Origin: Asterias rubens
Taxonomy: Eukaryota
Length of the DNA stretch: 64,000 nt
Reading direction: 5' to 3'
Assembly: GCF_902459465.1 (NCBI RefSeq)
Contig: NC_047069.1
Coordinates: 20,770,001-20,834,000 of the forward strand
Shown: piece by piece, positions 62,173-64,000 of the stretch
How positions within the stretch are numbered: the stretch's first letter is position 1
Layout: each line of letters begins with the position of its first letter
The notes under the pieces: model-generated
Databases searched by the model: none
What the model saw: the letters and a program-made list of their open reading frames with translations, nothing else
What the model was told of the DNA's origin: nothing
Translations under genes and position numbers: made by a program

Positions 62173-64000
62173 CAACCAAATGTGCAAACAATTAAAAATG
62201 GTTTTAATCTACTATTTATACTGCGATCCTTGTGTTTCATCAAATCTATGCAGCCTGATCTGTACAACGTGCCGTGGTGCACTTTATAGTGCACTTCATT
62301 ATTGATGTTTTATTTATCGGTAGTAAATCAATTCACATATCATACCAAACTGCAAACTTTTCATTAAATTAGGTGGTGCATTTACAGTTCTTCTTTTGAT
62401 ATGACAAAAAGAAATGCACTTTAAAACAGTGCACAAAATCTATGGCAGAACCTTGCAGCATTATTCAAAGTTTCTCAAAAACACGTCTGCCTACTTTGAA
62501 GAATTCTCTATAGGTTGGAAGATGGTGTGTTTATTTGAAACTAGAGAGCACCAGGGACTTTTACTGATGTACTTGTATTGTAAAGTACAGTTCATATGAA
62601 AAGCAAACACTGAATTTGTTGCTTCAAAAAAAGAGAAACTGATGTTATTCTTTCAAAGAAAATGGCAAGTTTACAAAAGACTTGAATTGCACTGTGAATG
62701 AGGCCTGGAGAAACCCTAACACAAATTTCGAGTCAAACTTGTAACTACATTTGATAATTAAAGAGTAAAGGATATTTTTACAGAATGTTCAAAGCCTTGA
62801 ACACTTCAATGCCTTCCATTAACCGACTTATATTTATATTACAAAATTGCTGGTTTATTTATTGAATGAAAATCAACATAAAATAATTATACTTTCGGTG
62901 TGCTATTATAAGAAATGAATTAAACAACCAATCAACCATTGCAATAAAGATTAAGGTTTTGAGTTGTGGTTTCTTTCTTTTTAATAATGAAAAATGTAAT
63001 AAAAACACCATGGATCTGCCCATGCAGCTTGTAATACAATTCCTGTACATGAATTGGATTTACTTCTGAGACTTCCACAAGATACAACTTCCTGAGTAAC
63101 ATTAAAGTAAGGTTAGGCTAGGTTGAAAGAGTTACATTTTCACAGTAAAAGTAACCGCAATAAGAACTAAAATTTGTGAAGGGTATACATTACGTCTCAG
63201 AATTGGGTGGGTGTGTTGCCGAGGCGCCCGGTCTTTATATTGGCTATTGTTATTCATATCACATTGTGACCAATATTGGTCAATTAATTGCATGAAAGTT
63301 TTCAAGATAAAAATATCAAAATCCAATGGTGAACAATAACAAATGGGAAAATAGCCAGTCAAAATATATGCGAGCCAAAAAAAGGAATTTACACACATTT
63401 TTATACACTTTGGCTTGTGAGGTCGTGAGCTTTGAGATAGAGTGATCCCTGTGTCTTGAAGCAAACTGTCTTGTCACTGGTCACTTGCTTGTGATTATAA
63501 ATCAAGGTACAGCCATCGATTTGGAAAGTGCGATCAGATAGTCCTTATGAGGAATCTCGTAATAGTTTTACCAGAGTCAAAAGATGACCTAGGAATCCAC
63601 GCAATTAAAGCCATCAATTAACCTCTCAATACAGCTGCCCATAAGACTTATTTTATCTTTCCTTACACGTCTGGGCGACTTTTATACCGCTCTAAACTAA
63701 TATTAATTTGTTTGCAATGAGTTTTCTGAATTAAAACCAAACTATTGGATAGGAGTCTTTTCATGACTGGTTCATGTTATCGGTGCTTTGACAGCGATTG
63801 AGATATCAAACTACAAGCTCGGAATTCCTGGTGTTGCCTCTGGTGATGAAAGTGATTTGTCAACTAGTAGTACAGCAGCCCTTCATGCGATTCTATACCG
63901 CCTCAATAACCGCTCAGCACATCCGGCAACCATACGGGGATAACGAATCAGACAACCTTGAAGACACTGAGCGGGAAACCAAGCAACGGAAGTGTCTCCT

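Noticed and set aside
747-63464. Most 60-130 aa ORFs in the six-frame track
   Set aside because: They are antisense or off-frame shadows of the TE and host ORFs, or AT-rich chance ORFs, many with non-ATG starts.
63780-64000. Last exon of a convergent gene (GC-richer stretch at the window edge)
   Set aside because: Only ~38 codons are open on the minus strand (…GCLIRYPRMVAGCAERLLRRYRIA*), with no recognisable motif; downstream sequence is needed.

Overview
Eukaryotic (metazoan) genomic DNA with spliceosomal introns. The repeat style suggests a marine invertebrate, possibly an echinoderm such as a sea star; that is an inference. The first ~55.5 kb is a dense, nested block of mostly damaged transposable elements. 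(1) A near-full-length Academ (XPG/CXC type) transposase pseudogene. (2) A complete ~11.9-kb PIF/Harbinger element with 22-bp TIRs and an ATT TSD, which hosts a second 6.1-kb TIR element carrying an apparently intact three-exon SGNH-hydrolase + CXC gene. (3) Three divergent CxxH-type DDE transposases of uncertain superfamily; one starts with a 2A-like GDIELNPGP peptide and two look like in-frame internal-deletion derivatives. (4) Two SAMD3-like accessory genes of probable EnSpm/CACTA type. One has a protein-kinase exon, split by a young L2-type LINE, between its SAM-like exon and its body. (5) A Merlin (IS1595-like) transposase with one nonsense codon, plus SINEs, MITEs and tandem repeats. The only clear host gene is an 8-exon NSDHL (3-beta-HSD family sterol C4 decarboxylating dehydrogenase) at 55826-62172. 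All assignments come from motif reading by eye; no database search was run.
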